This document shows, one piece after another, positions 1 through 10,001 of a DNA stretch of 64,000 bases. This DNA is from an uncultured Gemmatimonadaceae bacterium (GTDB lineage Bacteria; Gemmatimonadota; Gemmatimonadetes; Gemmatimonadales; GWC2-71-9). The stretch spans positions 910 through 64,909 of the forward strand of contig CAZYIV010000008.1 of NCBI GenBank assembly GCA_964647615.1, written 5' to 3'. The position numbers and the translations under genes are program-made. The notes under the pieces were generated by a model. It made no database searches. It was not told the origin of the DNA and saw only the letters and a program-made list of their open reading frames with translations. The first letter of the stretch is position 1. Every line of letters starts with the position of its first letter.

Positions 1-575
1 TCGCCGGCGTGAGTCTGGAGCTGGAGCGGCTGGGCCTGACGCAGGAGCTGCACACCAGCCGGATGCTCCGGGTGCTGACCGGTGCCCGCTCGGTGCCGGC
101 GCTGGAGCAGCTGCTGGCTGCCACCATGCCGGTGAGTTTCGGGCAGCGGAGCCGGCTGCAGCGCACCACGCAGCGGATGCCGCTCACCAACCTGGTGGAT
201 GCCGCGCGGCCCGATCCGTGGCTCCGGAGCCGGCTCCGCACCCGCGCCACCGAGGTGGTGGCGGGCGGGCCCGCCGCCGCCGCGGCCCGCACCGAACTCA
301 CGGCCGCCTTCGCATCGTGGCAGCCGCTGCCGGCCGCGGTGGCGGCGCTGGCCGACTCGGTGCCGCTTGCAGCCGACGGGCTGCCGGCCGCCCGCGCCCT
401 GGCCGAGCTGGGGGCGCTGGGGAAGGAGGCCCTGGACCGCCGCACCGCGGGGACCGTGGACAGCGCCTGGGCGGCCGCCACGCTGGCGCGGCTGGACACC
501 CTCGAGGCCCCGCAGGGCCTGCTGCGGCTGGCAACCATCGATGCGGTGCGGGTGCTGGTGCGGGGAGCGCGCTAG
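1..575 (+). CDS. C-terminal part of a probable GH20 beta-N-acetylhexosaminidase (5' end outside window)
   Basis: The frame is open from the window edge. SLELERLGL...PLTNLVDAARPD resembles the C-terminal domain of bacterial GH20 enzymes (recall). No catalytic domain is visible. Confidence 0.55.
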   Translation, partial: AGVSLELERLGLTQELHTSRMLRVLTGARSVPALEQLLAATMPVSFGQRSRLQRTTQRMPLTNLVDAARPDPWLRSRLRTRATEVVAGGPAAAAARTELTAAFASWQPLPAAVAALADSVPLAADGLPAARALAELGALGKEALDRRTAGTVDSAWAAATLARLDTLEAPQGLLRLATIDAVRVLVRGAR

Positions 576-1192
576 GCGAGGAGCCGGGCGGCGTACCAGA
601 GGAGCAGCAGGGCCAGCGTAACGTTGATGCCGCGCGCCCAGCGGCGATACCCCGCCTGCACCGGGTCGAGCGAGAAGCCGTACGCCAGGCCGCCGTACCA
701 CAGGAGGCACAGCACCAGCACCCCGCCGGCCGCCGCGAAGCGCAGCCATCCCGGCTCCGCCGGCGCTACCGTCACCCCGAGCAGGCTCAGGTAGAAGGGA
801 AGGGTGTTGGGATTGGTGAGGGCGGTGAGGAATCCCGCCCGGAAGGCGGAGCCGCCGGGCGGCGGCGCGCCTTCCACCCGGGTGAGCAGGTCCCCGCCCT
901 TGATCGCGGCCCGCAGCGCCCGGAGGCCCAGCCAGCCGAGGAATGCCGCCGCCACGTGGCGCAGGGTCACCGCCAGCGCGGGGAACCGCTCGAACAGGAA
1001 GTGCGCCCCCGCCACCGTCACGCCCAGCCAGACCAGGTTCCCGGTGGCGATGCCGAGCACCGCCACCAGCGCCGGCCGCCGTCCGGTCCCGAGCGCCAGG
1101 CGGGTGACGATGAAGGTGTTCGGCCCCGGGCTCGCCACGGCCGTCAGGTACACCCCGAAGATCGAGCCCAGCAGCGCGGCCGTCGGCGCCAT
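572..1192 (-). CDS. LysE/RhtB family exporter
   Basis: SPGPNT motif near the N-terminus, GF...LTNP motif and hydrophobic helices. Start placed at the ATG of MAPTAALL. Confidence 0.9.
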   Translation of the reverse strand: MAPTAALLGSIFGVYLTAVASPGPNTFIVTRLALGTGRRPALVAVLGIATGNLVWLGVTVAGAHFLFERFPALAVTLRHVAAAFLGWLGLRALRAAIKGGDLLTRVEGAPPPGGSAFRAGFLTALTNPNTLPFYLSLLGVTVAPAEPGWLRFAAAGGVLVLCLLWYGGLAYGFSLDPVQAGYRRWARGINVTLALLLLWYAARLLA

Positions 1193-1199
1193 GTGACGA

Positions 1200-2543
1200 T
1201 CAGGCCTCGACAATCGGCCAGGGCTGCCACCGCTGCCACCCGCCACGGCTGAAGTCGGGGACATCCTGCGGCTTGCCCCGCTCCGCCACCGAGCGGATGC
1301 TGAGCGCCACCATGCTGGAGATCGCCGCGGCGTCGTACACCGTGGTGTCGGTCGGTTCCCCGCGGCGCAGGCAGCGGATCAGCCGGTAGTCCTCCAGGAA
1401 GTCCATGCCGCCGTGGCCCCGGTCCATCTCGCGGATCGCCTCCGACTGCCACAGCGGGTGGTCGAACTCCGCGTAGTATGCCTCCGCCTCCTCCCACCGG
1501 TGCGCGGGGCTCCGGCCTTCCAGGTGCACCCGGTAGGGCCAGCCGCTCAGGATCCCCTTCGTCCCCTGCAGCAGCTGCAGCCGGCTGTAGGGCCGCGGAT
1601 TGTTGGTGTTGTGCGCCAGGTAAATCGTGCGGCCCCTCGCGGTCTGGATCAGGCTCACGTTCTGGTCGCCGAGCCGGTAGGTCTCGCGGCGTCGCGGGTC
1701 GTCCGGCGGGAGCTGCTCCGCCTGCCACGCCTGCAGCCCGCGCGAGGGGGAGCTCATCGAGGTGACCCGGAGGAACCGGTCGCCCCGGTTGATGTCCATG
1801 CAGTTGGCGATCGGCCCCAGCCCGTGGGTGGGATACAGGTTGCCGTTGTGGGTGATGGACCACGCCCGGCGCCACAGCCCCTCGCCGTCGGCGGAGAACT
1901 TCACCTCCCGCAGGTCGTGCAGGTAGGCCGCCTCGCCGTGCAGCACCTCGCCCAGCAGCCCCTCCCGCACCATCCGGAGCATCATCAGCTCGAACCGGTC
2001 GTAGTTGCAGTTCTCCATCATCACGCAATGCCGCCGGGCCTTCTCCGCCGCCTCCACCAGCGCCCAGCAGTCCTCCAGCGTCATCGCGGCCGGCACCTCG
2101 GTGGCCGCATGTTTCCCGTGCCGCAGCGCCGCCAGCAGGACCGGGACGTGCCATTCCCACGGCGTCGCGGTGTAGACCAGGTCCAGCTCCGCCTCGGCGC
2201 ACATCCGCTCGAAGTCGCGCGGGCCCCGGGTGTAGAGCGCCGGCGCCGGCTGGCCCGCGGCGACCGCCTTGTCGCTGGCGCGGCGGGCGTGCGCCTCCCG
2301 GATGTCGCACACGGCGCGCAGTTCCACCCCCTCCAGCGAGAGCAGGTTCTCGACATGCACCGTGCCCATCCCGCCGACGCCGACGAAGCCGACGCGCACC
2401 CGGTCGAGCGGGGGCGCCCGGAACGGCTCGCCCGGGCCCGCCGCGGGCGCGGGCCGGGGCGACGACAGCGGCGCCAGGGCGCCCCCGAGCGCGAAGGCGG
2501 CGCCGGCGCGCAGGAGATCGCGGCGGGTGGGATCGTGGGCCAT
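1200..2543 (-). CDS. Tat-exported Gfo/Idh/MocA oxidoreductase, GH109 (alpha-N-acetylgalactosaminidase)-like
   Basis: Twin-arginine signal TRRDLL, VGFVGVGGMG Rossmann motif, VYTATPWEWH, ATEVPAA, YPTHGLGP and GHGGMDF. It is the 3' part of track ORF 1200..4484. Confidence 0.85.
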   Translation of the reverse strand: MAHDPTRRDLLRAGAAFALGGALAPLSSPRPAPAAGPGEPFRAPPLDRVRVGFVGVGGMGTVHVENLLSLEGVELRAVCDIREAHARRASDKAVAAGQPAPALYTRGPRDFERMCAEAELDLVYTATPWEWHVPVLLAALRHGKHAATEVPAAMTLEDCWALVEAAEKARRHCVMMENCNYDRFELMMLRMVREGLLGEVLHGEAAYLHDLREVKFSADGEGLWRRAWSITHNGNLYPTHGLGPIANCMDINRGDRFLRVTSMSSPSRGLQAWQAEQLPPDDPRRRETYRLGDQNVSLIQTARGRTIYLAHNTNNPRPYSRLQLLQGTKGILSGWPYRVHLEGRSPAHRWEEAEAYYAEFDHPLWQSEAIREMDRGHGGMDFLEDYRLIRCLRRGEPTDTTVYDAAAISSMVALSIRSVAERGKPQDVPDFSRGGWQRWQPWPIVEA

Positions 2544-2694
2544 GGGCGGAATCCGGAGGCGAGAAGGTGGAGTAGTAAAGGAAGAGGCCGGGCACCGTCC
2601 GGCGTGCAGCTCGGGCGCTCTTCCGCGTCCGCGAGGAGACCGGTAACTCTGTGCAGTGCCCCGGACCGGGAAATGGCCCCACGCCCCCGGCCCT

Positions 2695-2703
2695 GCTAGT
2701 ATC
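2695..2703 (+). promoter_or_regulatory. Candidate extended -10 (TG-C-TAGTAT) for the kinase gene
   Basis: TGCTAGTAT lies about 56 nt upstream of the ATG at 2760, in a divergent intergenic region. Confidence 0.4.
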
Positions 2704-2759
2704 CCGCAACGCCCGGCGACCCGCGCCGGGCGGCTTGGTCTCCCCTCGCCCGGTGCCGG

Positions 2760-4685
2760 ATGTCCGTGACCACCGTCTGCCTCCGTTGCCACGCACCACT
2801 CGACCCGGGGGCCCGTTTCTGCCAGGCCTGCGGGCTCAGCGTGTCGGGGGAGCAGACCGCTCCCCTTCCCACGCTGACCCAGGTGCTGCAGCAGGCGACC
2901 CTGGGCGAGTATGAAGTGCTGCGGGAAATCGGGCAAGGCGGGATGGCGACGGTCTTCCTGGCGCACGAGATCGCGCTGTCCCGGAAGGTCGCCATCAAGG
3001 TGATGTCGCCCCAGCTGGTGCACGGGGCCGACATGATCGAGCGCTTCAAGCGCGAGGCCCGGACCGCGGCGGGCCTGGACCACCCGCACATCATCCCGAT
3101 CTACGCCGTGCGCGAGTCGCAGCACCTGCTCTACTTCGTGATGAAGTACGTGCAGGGCCGACCGCTCGATGCCATCCTCCGCGACGTGGGGCCCCTGCCC
3201 TTCCCCATGGTCCGCTCGATCCTCACCGACATCGGCACCGCGCTGGACTACGCCCACCGCCAGGGGGTGATCCACCGGGACGTGAAGCCCGGGAACATCC
3301 TCATTGACGAGGAAGGCTACGCGGTCATCACCGACTTCGGCATCGCCAAGGCCGCCGAGGGCGAGGCGCTGACCCGGAGCGGCACCACCGTCGGTACCCC
3401 GAGTTATCTCTCCCCCGAGGCCTGCTCCGGCGAGCCGACGGGCCCCGGCTCGGACCAGTATTCCCTGGGCATCGTGGGTTACGAGATGATCACCGGGCAG
3501 CTGCCGTTCAAGGCGGAGTCGAGCCTCGGCATGATGTACGCCCAGGTGCATTCGCCCCCGCGCCCCAGCGACCAGCTGCGGCCCGACTGCCCTGCCGACC
3601 TGCGCGAATCCATCATGCGGATGCTGGAGAAGGCGCCCGCCGACCGGTTCCCCACCATGAAGGAAGCGGTGGGCGCGATCGCCGGCGGGCGGCTCTCGGG
3701 CCGCACCGGCGAGGGGCTGGTCACCACCGACGAGCATGTGCGGAGCCACATCGGGCTGCTGGCGGTCGCGCGGCCCGGCCGCCCCGCGGGCGAGACCCGC
3801 GCCACCCCGGCCAGCCCCACGCCGCTGGGCAAGGTGCCGCGCAACTCCTCCACCGCGCGGCGCCAGCGGCGGGTGCGGCTCACCCGGATCCTGGCCGGCG
3901 TGTTCCTGGCGGGGCTCGGCGCCCTCGCGGCGATCTTCGCGGTGCGCGGCCAGCTGGGCCGGCCGCTCGAGGTGGTGGACACCCTGCCCCCGCCGCGCGA
4001 CACCCTCGCCGAGCGGCTCGACAGCCTGCTGATCATGGCCCGGGGGCGGGCCGAGTATGCCCGCGACCTCGCCGTGACCAGCGGGGCGGCGCCGGAGGCG
4101 ATGGCCACCGGCGACTCGCTCCGCGCCCTGGCGGAGTCGCTGGCGGCCGGCGGGCACAAGGCGGACGCCGCGGTGCTGCTCGAGCGCGCGGCGGCGCTCT
4201 GGGCCACCGCCACCCCGGCACCGCCCGCCACGGTGGAGACGGTCGCCGCACCGGTCACCCGCCCGCCACGGCCCACGCCGCCGGTGGCCCAGCGCCCGCC
4301 GGTCACCACCACGGCCGATTCCGGCCGTCCCGAGCCGGTCTCCGACTCGGTGGCGGTGGTGCAGTTCTATGTGGAGTTGCAGAAGGCGGTGCAGTCGCGG
4401 CAACTGGGCGAGGTGAGCCGGCTGCTGCCCAACCTCACCGACTCCGACGAGCGGGACTGGCGCAACCTGTTCGACGACGAGCATGTGCGACGCATCGAAG
4501 TGGTGTATGATGTCCAGAGCGTCAGCCGCCAGGAGGAGGACCTGTTCGCCCGGGTACGGGAGCGGCTGATCCTCACCCGCGATAACGGCAAGATCGAGAA
4601 GAAGCGCGACCGCGTGCTGTGGACCCGGCTCACCGTCGGCCCCAGCGGGTTGCGCGAGATCCGATCGGAAAAGGCACCCTCATGA
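2760..4685 (+). CDS. Membrane Ser/Thr protein kinase with N-terminal double zinc ribbon
   Basis: CLRC...FCQAC ribbon, intact kinase motifs ([27 protein letters not shown]), one TM helix, Pro-rich linker and a C-terminal domain. Confidence 0.92.
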   Translation: MSVTTVCLRCHAPLDPGARFCQACGLSVSGEQTAPLPTLTQVLQQATLGEYEVLREIGQGGMATVFLAHEIALSRKVAIKVMSPQLVHGADMIERFKREARTAAGLDHPHIIPIYAVRESQHLLYFVMKYVQGRPLDAILRDVGPLPFPMVRSILTDIGTALDYAHRQGVIHRDVKPGNILIDEEGYAVITDFGIAKAAEGEALTRSGTTVGTPSYLSPEACSGEPTGPGSDQYSLGIVGYEMITGQLPFKAESSLGMMYAQVHSPPRPSDQLRPDCPADLRESIMRMLEKAPADRFPTMKEAVGAIAGGRLSGRTGEGLVTTDEHVRSHIGLLAVARPGRPAGETRATPASPTPLGKVPRNSSTARRQRRVRLTRILAGVFLAGLGALAAIFAVRGQLGRPLEVVDTLPPPRDTLAERLDSLLIMARGRAEYARDLAVTSGAAPEAMATGDSLRALAESLAAGGHKADAAVLLERAAALWATATPAPPATVETVAAPVTRPPRPTPPVAQRPPVTTTADSGRPEPVSDSVAVVQFYVELQKAVQSRQLGEVSRLLPNLTDSDERDWRNLFDDEHVRRIEVVYDVQSVSRQEEDLFARVRERLILTRDNGKIEKKRDRVLWTRLTVGPSGLREIRSEKAPS

Positions 4686-5101
4686 GCATCCCCCCGTTCC
4701 ATCTGGCCTTCCCGGTGCACGACCTCACCGCCGCGCGGGCCTTCTACGGCGGCCTGCTGGGCTGTCCCGAGGGCCGCAGCTCCGAGGACTGGGTGGACTT
4801 CGACCTGCAGGGCCACCAGGTGGTGGCGCACCTCGCGCCGGCGGAGGCGGTCCGCTCCCCGACCAACCGGGTGGACGGCAAGGACGTGCCGGTGCGGCAC
4901 TTCGGCCTGATCCTGCCGTGGGAGGCGTGGCGGGTGCTCGCCGACCGGCTGCGCGCCGCGGGCGCGCCGTTCGTGATCGAGCCCGGCATCCGCTTCGCCG
5001 GTCAGGTGGGCGAGCAGGCGACGATGTTCCTCCTCGACCCCTCCGGCAACGCCCTGGAGTTCAAGGCCTTCCGCGACCCGTCGCGGATCTTCGCCCGCTA
5101 G
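4682..5101 (+). CDS. VOC/glyoxalase family protein
   Basis: [11 protein letters not shown] and [10 protein letters not shown] motifs. ATGA overlap with the kinase stop. Confidence 0.9.
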   Translation: MSIPPFHLAFPVHDLTAARAFYGGLLGCPEGRSSEDWVDFDLQGHQVVAHLAPAEAVRSPTNRVDGKDVPVRHFGLILPWEAWRVLADRLRAAGAPFVIEPGIRFAGQVGEQATMFLLDPSGNALEFKAFRDPSRIFAR

Positions 5102-5123
5102 CCACCGCGCCGGACGCCCCGCC

Positions 5124-6857
5124 CTGGAGACCGCCGCCCTCACCCCGATCAGCGAGCTGCACGCCGCCCTGCTGCAGGCGGGGATCACGCTCGGCCTGGT
5201 CGCCGTCTGCCTGCTGCTCTACGCCCGGTTCCGGAAGCCCTACTTCTTCTGGTGGGCCATCGCGTGGAGCCTCTACGTCGTCCGGCTCGGCGCCATCCTG
5301 ATCTACATCCCGACCGGGCACCCCTTCTGGCTCTACGCCCACCAGGTGGCCACCGGCTGGACCGCAGTGGCGATCCTCTGGAGCGCGCTGGTCTTCTCCC
5401 GCGGGGCACGGGTGCGACCGGTGTTCTGGCTGGCGGTGCTGTTCCCCCCGCTCTGGTCCTACTACGCCATCTTCCACCTGGGTGTGCAGGAGCGGTTCCT
5501 CTACGCCGCGGTGCCCGCGGTGGCCTTCCTCAGCGGGGCGACGCTATGGACCGCCGGCGTGTTCTTCCGCTTCCGGCGCAAGACCGGGTCGCCGGGCGCG
5601 CTGATGCTCGGGTTCGCGTTCCTGTTCTGGGGGGTCCATCACCTCGACTACCCGGTGCTCCGCGCCCGCGGGGCGTGGAACCCGTGGGGCTACTACCTCG
5701 ATATCATCTTCGCCCTGCTGGTGGGCGGCGGGATCCTGATCCTGGTGATCGAGGATCTCGAGCGCGGGCTCCGCGCCCTCTCCACCCTCTCCGGCGACCT
5801 GCAGCCGCGCGAGGACAGCACCGACGAGGCGGGGTCGCTGCTGGCCCGCGCGCTCGACCTCCCCGGGGTCCGCGGCAGCGCGCTGTACGAGCGGGCCGCC
5901 GGCCAGGTGGTCCGCGGCCTTGGCGCGTGCGCCGCATGGGAGGGCCAGCCCCCATCGGCGGAGACGCGGGAGCACATCGAGGCGGTGCTCGCCACCGGTC
6001 GCCCCAGCTCCGGGACCAGCGGGCTGTTCGCCTACATCGCGGCGCTGCCGGTGGTGCGGCGCGGCGACGTCGCCAGCGCCATGGTGATCGTGGGCGACGC
6101 GCGCGACCCCTTCGCGGCGCTCGACGCGCGTTTCCTGCAGGCGCTGGGGCAGCAGGTGGGCGCGGCGCTGGAGAACGCCGACCTCGACCGCGGGTTGCGC
6201 CGGCGCACCGAGGAGCTGGAGCGGCTGGGCCTCCGCATGGTGGAACAGCACGAGGAGGAGCGCCGCCGGCTGTCGCTGGAACTGCACGACGAGACCGCCC
6301 AGGTCTTCTCCGCGGTGAAGCTGCAGCTCGGCATCGTGCGGGAGGAGGTGCCGCCGGCGCAGGCGGAGCGGCTGGCCCGGGTGACCGCGCTGGTGGACGA
6401 GGGGATGGCGAGCATCCGGAGCGTCACCGACCAGCTGCGCCCCTCGCTGCTCGACGACCTGGGCCTGCTGCCGGCGCTCCGCGCGCTGGTGGCCGACTTC
6501 GAGGGCCGCACCGGGATCAGCGTGCTGTACGATGCACCACCCGCCCTGCCGCCGCTCCCGCCCCTCGCCGAACTCGCCATCTTCCGGGCAGTCCAGGAAG
6601 GACTGTCCAATGTCGCCCGCCATGCGGACGCCGCCGCGGCGTGGGTGAGTCTCGAGGCCGGCGACGGCCGCCTCGCGATCCGCATCGAGGACGACGGCCG
6701 CGGGCTCTACGCCGACGGCCCGCGGGTGGAAGAGCACACCGGCCTCGCCGGCATGCGCGAGCGCTTCACGACCCTGGGCGGCACGGTGCGCCTGGGCCCC
6801 CGCCCCGACGGGGGCACGCGGCTCGCGCTGGCGCTGCCGCTGGGCCGGGAGGGCTGA
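5124..6857 (+). CDS. Sensor histidine kinase (HisKA_3 type) with multi-TM N-terminus and GAF-like region
   Basis: ERRRLSLELHDETAQ H-box, EGLSNVARHA N-box, DDGRG and GLAGMRER. The hydrophobic frame continues upstream of the track start 5346 to a CTG at 5124, so the start is uncertain. Confidence 0.85.
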   Translation: METAALTPISELHAALLQAGITLGLVAVCLLLYARFRKPYFFWWAIAWSLYVVRLGAILIYIPTGHPFWLYAHQVATGWTAVAILWSALVFSRGARVRPVFWLAVLFPPLWSYYAIFHLGVQERFLYAAVPAVAFLSGATLWTAGVFFRFRRKTGSPGALMLGFAFLFWGVHHLDYPVLRARGAWNPWGYYLDIIFALLVGGGILILVIEDLERGLRALSTLSGDLQPREDSTDEAGSLLARALDLPGVRGSALYERAAGQVVRGLGACAAWEGQPPSAETREHIEAVLATGRPSSGTSGLFAYIAALPVVRRGDVASAMVIVGDARDPFAALDARFLQALGQQVGAALENADLDRGLRRRTEELERLGLRMVEQHEEERRRLSLELHDETAQVFSAVKLQLGIVREEVPPAQAERLARVTALVDEGMASIRSVTDQLRPSLLDDLGLLPALRALVADFEGRTGISVLYDAPPALPPLPPLAELAIFRAVQEGLSNVARHADAAAAWVSLEAGDGRLAIRIEDDGRGLYADGPRVEEHTGLAGMRERFTTLGGTVRLGPRPDGGTRLALALPLGREG

Positions 6858-6858
6858 G

Positions 6859-7527
6859 ATGACGGGAACCACGCTCCGGGTGATGCTGGTGGATGACCAC
6901 GTGCTGGTGCGCGAGGGGCTGCGTCATGTGCTGGGCGCTACCCCCGGCGTCGAGGTGGTGGCGGAGGCCGGCGACGGCGAGATGGCGCTGACCCTGGCCC
7001 GCGAGGCGGCGCCCGACGTGGTCGTGCTCGACCTCTCGCTCCCCGGCGCCGGCGGGCTGGAGGTGACCACCCGCCTGCGCGAGGCCCTTCCCGCGGTCCG
7101 GGTCCTGATCCTCAGCGTGCACGACCACCCGGAGTACGTCCTCGGCGCGGTGCGCGCCGGCGCGCAGGGCTACCTGCGCAAGGACACCTCGCCCGCCGAG
7201 CTGCGCGAGGCGCTGCGCGCCGTGGCGCGGGGCGAGTCGTACTTCTCGCCGCCGGTGGCCCGGCACCTGAGCGCCGCCCTCCGGGGCGACACCCCCGCCG
7301 ATGATGCCGCCACCCGGCTGGCGCGGCTCACCCCGCGCGAGCGCGAGGTGCTGGCCGGCATCGCCAGCGGCGACACCAGCCGCGCCATCGCCACCCGGCT
7401 CGGGCTCTCCCCCCGGACGGTCGAGACCTACCGGGAAAACCTGGCCCGCAAGCTCGATATCAAGACGGTGGCGGGTCTCACCCGCTTCGCCATCGAGGCG
7501 GGCCTCGCGGCGCCGCCGGAGGAATAA
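6859..7527 (+). CDS. NarL/LuxR family response regulator
   Basis: VDDH, VVVLDLSLP and GYLRK receiver motifs, then LTPREREVL...TVETYR HTH. Directly follows the kinase. Confidence 0.95.
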   Translation: MTGTTLRVMLVDDHVLVREGLRHVLGATPGVEVVAEAGDGEMALTLAREAAPDVVVLDLSLPGAGGLEVTTRLREALPAVRVLILSVHDHPEYVLGAVRAGAQGYLRKDTSPAELREALRAVARGESYFSPPVARHLSAALRGDTPADDAATRLARLTPREREVLAGIASGDTSRAIATRLGLSPRTVETYRENLARKLDIKTVAGLTRFAIEAGLAAPPEE

Positions 7528-7651
7528 GCGGAAGAAGCCCCCGTCCCGCGGGTGAAGATCCACTCACGTTCGAACACGCCGGCCCCGGCCCCAGCCCCCG
7601 CGGCGACCGCCAAGCCATTCCCCTACAACGCGTTGCAAGCACCCCTCCGGT

Positions 7652-7675
7652 CCGCTCCGTAGTTCTACGGAGCGG
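7652..7675. promoter_or_regulatory. Perfect 11-2-11 inverted repeat CCGCTCCGTAG-TT-CTACGGAGCGG
   Basis: Read directly from the sequence, about 100 nt upstream of the TonB receptor ATG. The 2-nt spacer favours a protein-binding site over an RNA hairpin. Confidence 0.55.
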
Positions 7676-7774
7676 GAGCCCCGCAGCTTCACGAATTTCC
7701 CGTCATTCGTCTGATCGCTACCGTGGACGCGCACCACTCCCGGTGCGGAACCCCAACCGCGGCAGGACGACCTG

Positions 7775-9934
7775 ATGCAACGCCCGCTTTCAACCCTCGC
7801 ACTCGCAGTGCTCTTCGCTTCCTCCCTCAGCGCGCAGGCCCAGCCGCAACGCGCTGGCCGGGACACCGTCGTGGAACTGCAGGAGATGACGGTCACGGCC
7901 ACGCGGGACCTGCGCGAAGTCTTCCGCACCCCGGCGCCCGTGAGCGTGGTGGACTCCACCACGCTCGCCCGGCGTGCCCCGGGCAGCGTCACCGACCTCT
8001 TCTTCGAGCTCCCGGGGCTCGATGTCAACGGCATCGGCCCCAGCCAGTCGCGGCCCATCATCCGCGGCCTGCTGGGTCAGCGGATCCTCCTCCTCGAGGA
8101 CGGCATCCGCATGAACAACTCCCGGCGTGAATCGGACTTCGGCGAGATCCCCTCCCTGGTGGGCCTCGAGGCCCTCGGCCGGGTCGAGGTGGTCCGCGGT
8201 CCGAGCTCGGTGCTGTACGGCACCGATGCCATCGGCGGCGCCGTGAACCTCATCACCCGCCAGCCGCCGACCGGGCTGACGGGAAGCAGCATCCGCGGCA
8301 CCCTGGGCTACCGCTACCAGAGCGCCGGCGACCAGCAGCGCCCCTGGGGCTACCTGAGCGGGCACAACGGCCGCTTCAGCTGGATGGCCTTCGGCTCCTA
8401 CCGCGACGCCGGCAACTACACCGCGCCCTCCGGCACCTTCGGCCAGCTGCCGGTCACCAAGGACGTGAAGGTCCGGGACAGCGGCGTGCGGGACCAGAAC
8501 TACGCCGGGCAGGTGGGCTACAGCTTCTCCGAGACCTCGGGCGTGAACCTGCGCTACGAACGCTACACCGCCGACGACGCCGGCTTCGGCTACGTGGACC
8601 CGAACGACATCAACCGACCCAATGACCCGACGATCCAGATCCGCTACCCCACCCAGGGCGTGGACCGGCTCTCGCTCGGCTACAGCAACCGGCTGCTCGG
8701 CTTCGCCCTCGCGGACCGGCTGGACGTCACGACCTACTACAGCAGCAACGCCCGCAAGCTCGACTTCAACATCATCATCCCGATGGGCCCGGGCGCGCAG
8801 GGCACGATCAACAGCCGCAACTACACCGACGTGGACACCTACGGCTTCCGGCTGGAAATGGCCAAGGCGCTGGGCGGCAACGTGCTGCTGACCTACGGCG
8901 CCGACGGCTTCCACGACCGCTCCAACAACACCGACACCAGCACCACCACCGGCTTCGGGCCCACGACGGTGGACCCGGTGTCCAAGACCCCCAACGCCGC
9001 GTTCCGGAGCCTGGGCGGCTTCGTGCAGAGCGACTTCCACCTCACCGACCGCTTCAACGTGATCGCCGGCGCCCGGCTGCAGAACATCAAGGCCGAGACC
9101 CGCACCACGCCGGGCGTCAGCCTGCCGCTGGTCTCGCACCAGAACTCGACCGTGGTCGGCACGCTGAACGCCGAGTACCTGCTGAGCAACAACTTCAGCC
9201 TGGTTAGTTCGGTGGGCCGCGGCTTCCGCTCGCCCAACCTGATCGAGCGCTTCTTCGAGGGCCCGACGCCGGAGGGCTTCGGCTACGAGGTGCGGACCCC
9301 GGGGCTCAAGCCCGAGACCAGCATCAACGTGGACGTGGGCTTCCGCTACCGCGGCCCGCGGGTGACCCTCGAGACCTTCGGCTTCCGCAACGAGATCACC
9401 GATGGCATCGGGCTGGTCCCGACCGGCGACAGCATCCAGGTGGGCCCGGGCCAGTTCCTGCCGACCTACCAGAACGTGAACTTCGGCAAGCTGCGGGTGC
9501 TGGGCGTCGAGGCCAACGGCCGGGTGCAGCTGGGCTACGGCCTCTCCACCCTGGTCAACCTGACCGCGTTCGACTCGAAGGACGTGCGTGACCCGTCGAA
9601 CCCGGTGGCCCAGAGCTACGGCCTGCGCCTCGGCGGCGAGGCGCGCTATGACGCGCCCCAGGGCCGGTTCTGGCTGGCCTATGCGGTGCGCCACAATGGC
9701 GAGCAGAAGGACGTGAGCACCTCGCTGAGCCCGGTGGGCTCGCCGCTGCCGTCCTTCACCGTGATGCAGGCCCGCGCCGGCATGCGGCTCTTCACCGCCG
9801 GCCGCAGCACCCACTCGGTCTCGCTGATCGTGGACAACCTGACCAACAAGCTCTACAGCGAGGCCTCGAACTCGAACTTCTTCCGGCCCGCGCCGGGCCG
9901 GAACATCACCGCGGCCTACCGGGTGGACTTCTAG
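7775..9934 (+). CDS. TonB-dependent receptor
   Basis: Signal peptide, TonB-box-like EMTVTAT, plug (RPIIRGL...LLLEDG, RVEVVRGPSSVLYG..AIGG), GRGFRSPN, LKPETS, PAPGRN and terminal Phe. Substrate unknown. Confidence 0.95.
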   Translation: MQRPLSTLALAVLFASSLSAQAQPQRAGRDTVVELQEMTVTATRDLREVFRTPAPVSVVDSTTLARRAPGSVTDLFFELPGLDVNGIGPSQSRPIIRGLLGQRILLLEDGIRMNNSRRESDFGEIPSLVGLEALGRVEVVRGPSSVLYGTDAIGGAVNLITRQPPTGLTGSSIRGTLGYRYQSAGDQQRPWGYLSGHNGRFSWMAFGSYRDAGNYTAPSGTFGQLPVTKDVKVRDSGVRDQNYAGQVGYSFSETSGVNLRYERYTADDAGFGYVDPNDINRPNDPTIQIRYPTQGVDRLSLGYSNRLLGFALADRLDVTTYYSSNARKLDFNIIIPMGPGAQGTINSRNYTDVDTYGFRLEMAKALGGNVLLTYGADGFHDRSNNTDTSTTTGFGPTTVDPVSKTPNAAFRSLGGFVQSDFHLTDRFNVIAGARLQNIKAETRTTPGVSLPLVSHQNSTVVGTLNAEYLLSNNFSLVSSVGRGFRSPNLIERFFEGPTPEGFGYEVRTPGLKPETSINVDVGFRYRGPRVTLETFGFRNEITDGIGLVPTGDSIQVGPGQFLPTYQNVNFGKLRVLGVEANGRVQLGYGLSTLVNLTAFDSKDVRDPSNPVAQSYGLRLGGEARYDAPQGRFWLAYAVRHNGEQKDVSTSLSPVGSPLPSFTVMQARAGMRLFTAGRSTHSVSLIVDNLTNKLYSEASNSNFFRPAPGRNITAAYRVDF

Positions 9935-10001
9935 CCCCTCACCACGCGCCCCGCGGGGGCCGGCCCGGCGGCCGGCCCCCGCGAGGCGTCGGGACCCGAC
10001 C

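Noticed and set aside
1235-1264. GGGACATCCTGCGG match to the 51630 element, upstream of lysE
   Set aside because: It lies inside the GH109 coding region and lacks the ATGGCG half at 18 nt, so it is treated as chance.
1200-4484. 1094-aa minus-strand ORF as a single fusion protein
   Set aside because: Only 1200..2543 is coding (Tat signal at the ATG at 2543). The rest is the antisense shadow of the + strand kinase, typical of high-GC DNA.
7528-7774. Cobalamin or other riboswitch before the TonB receptor
   Set aside because: I could not find B12-box, TPP or other aptamer core motifs by eye. An Rfam/Infernal scan would be decisive.
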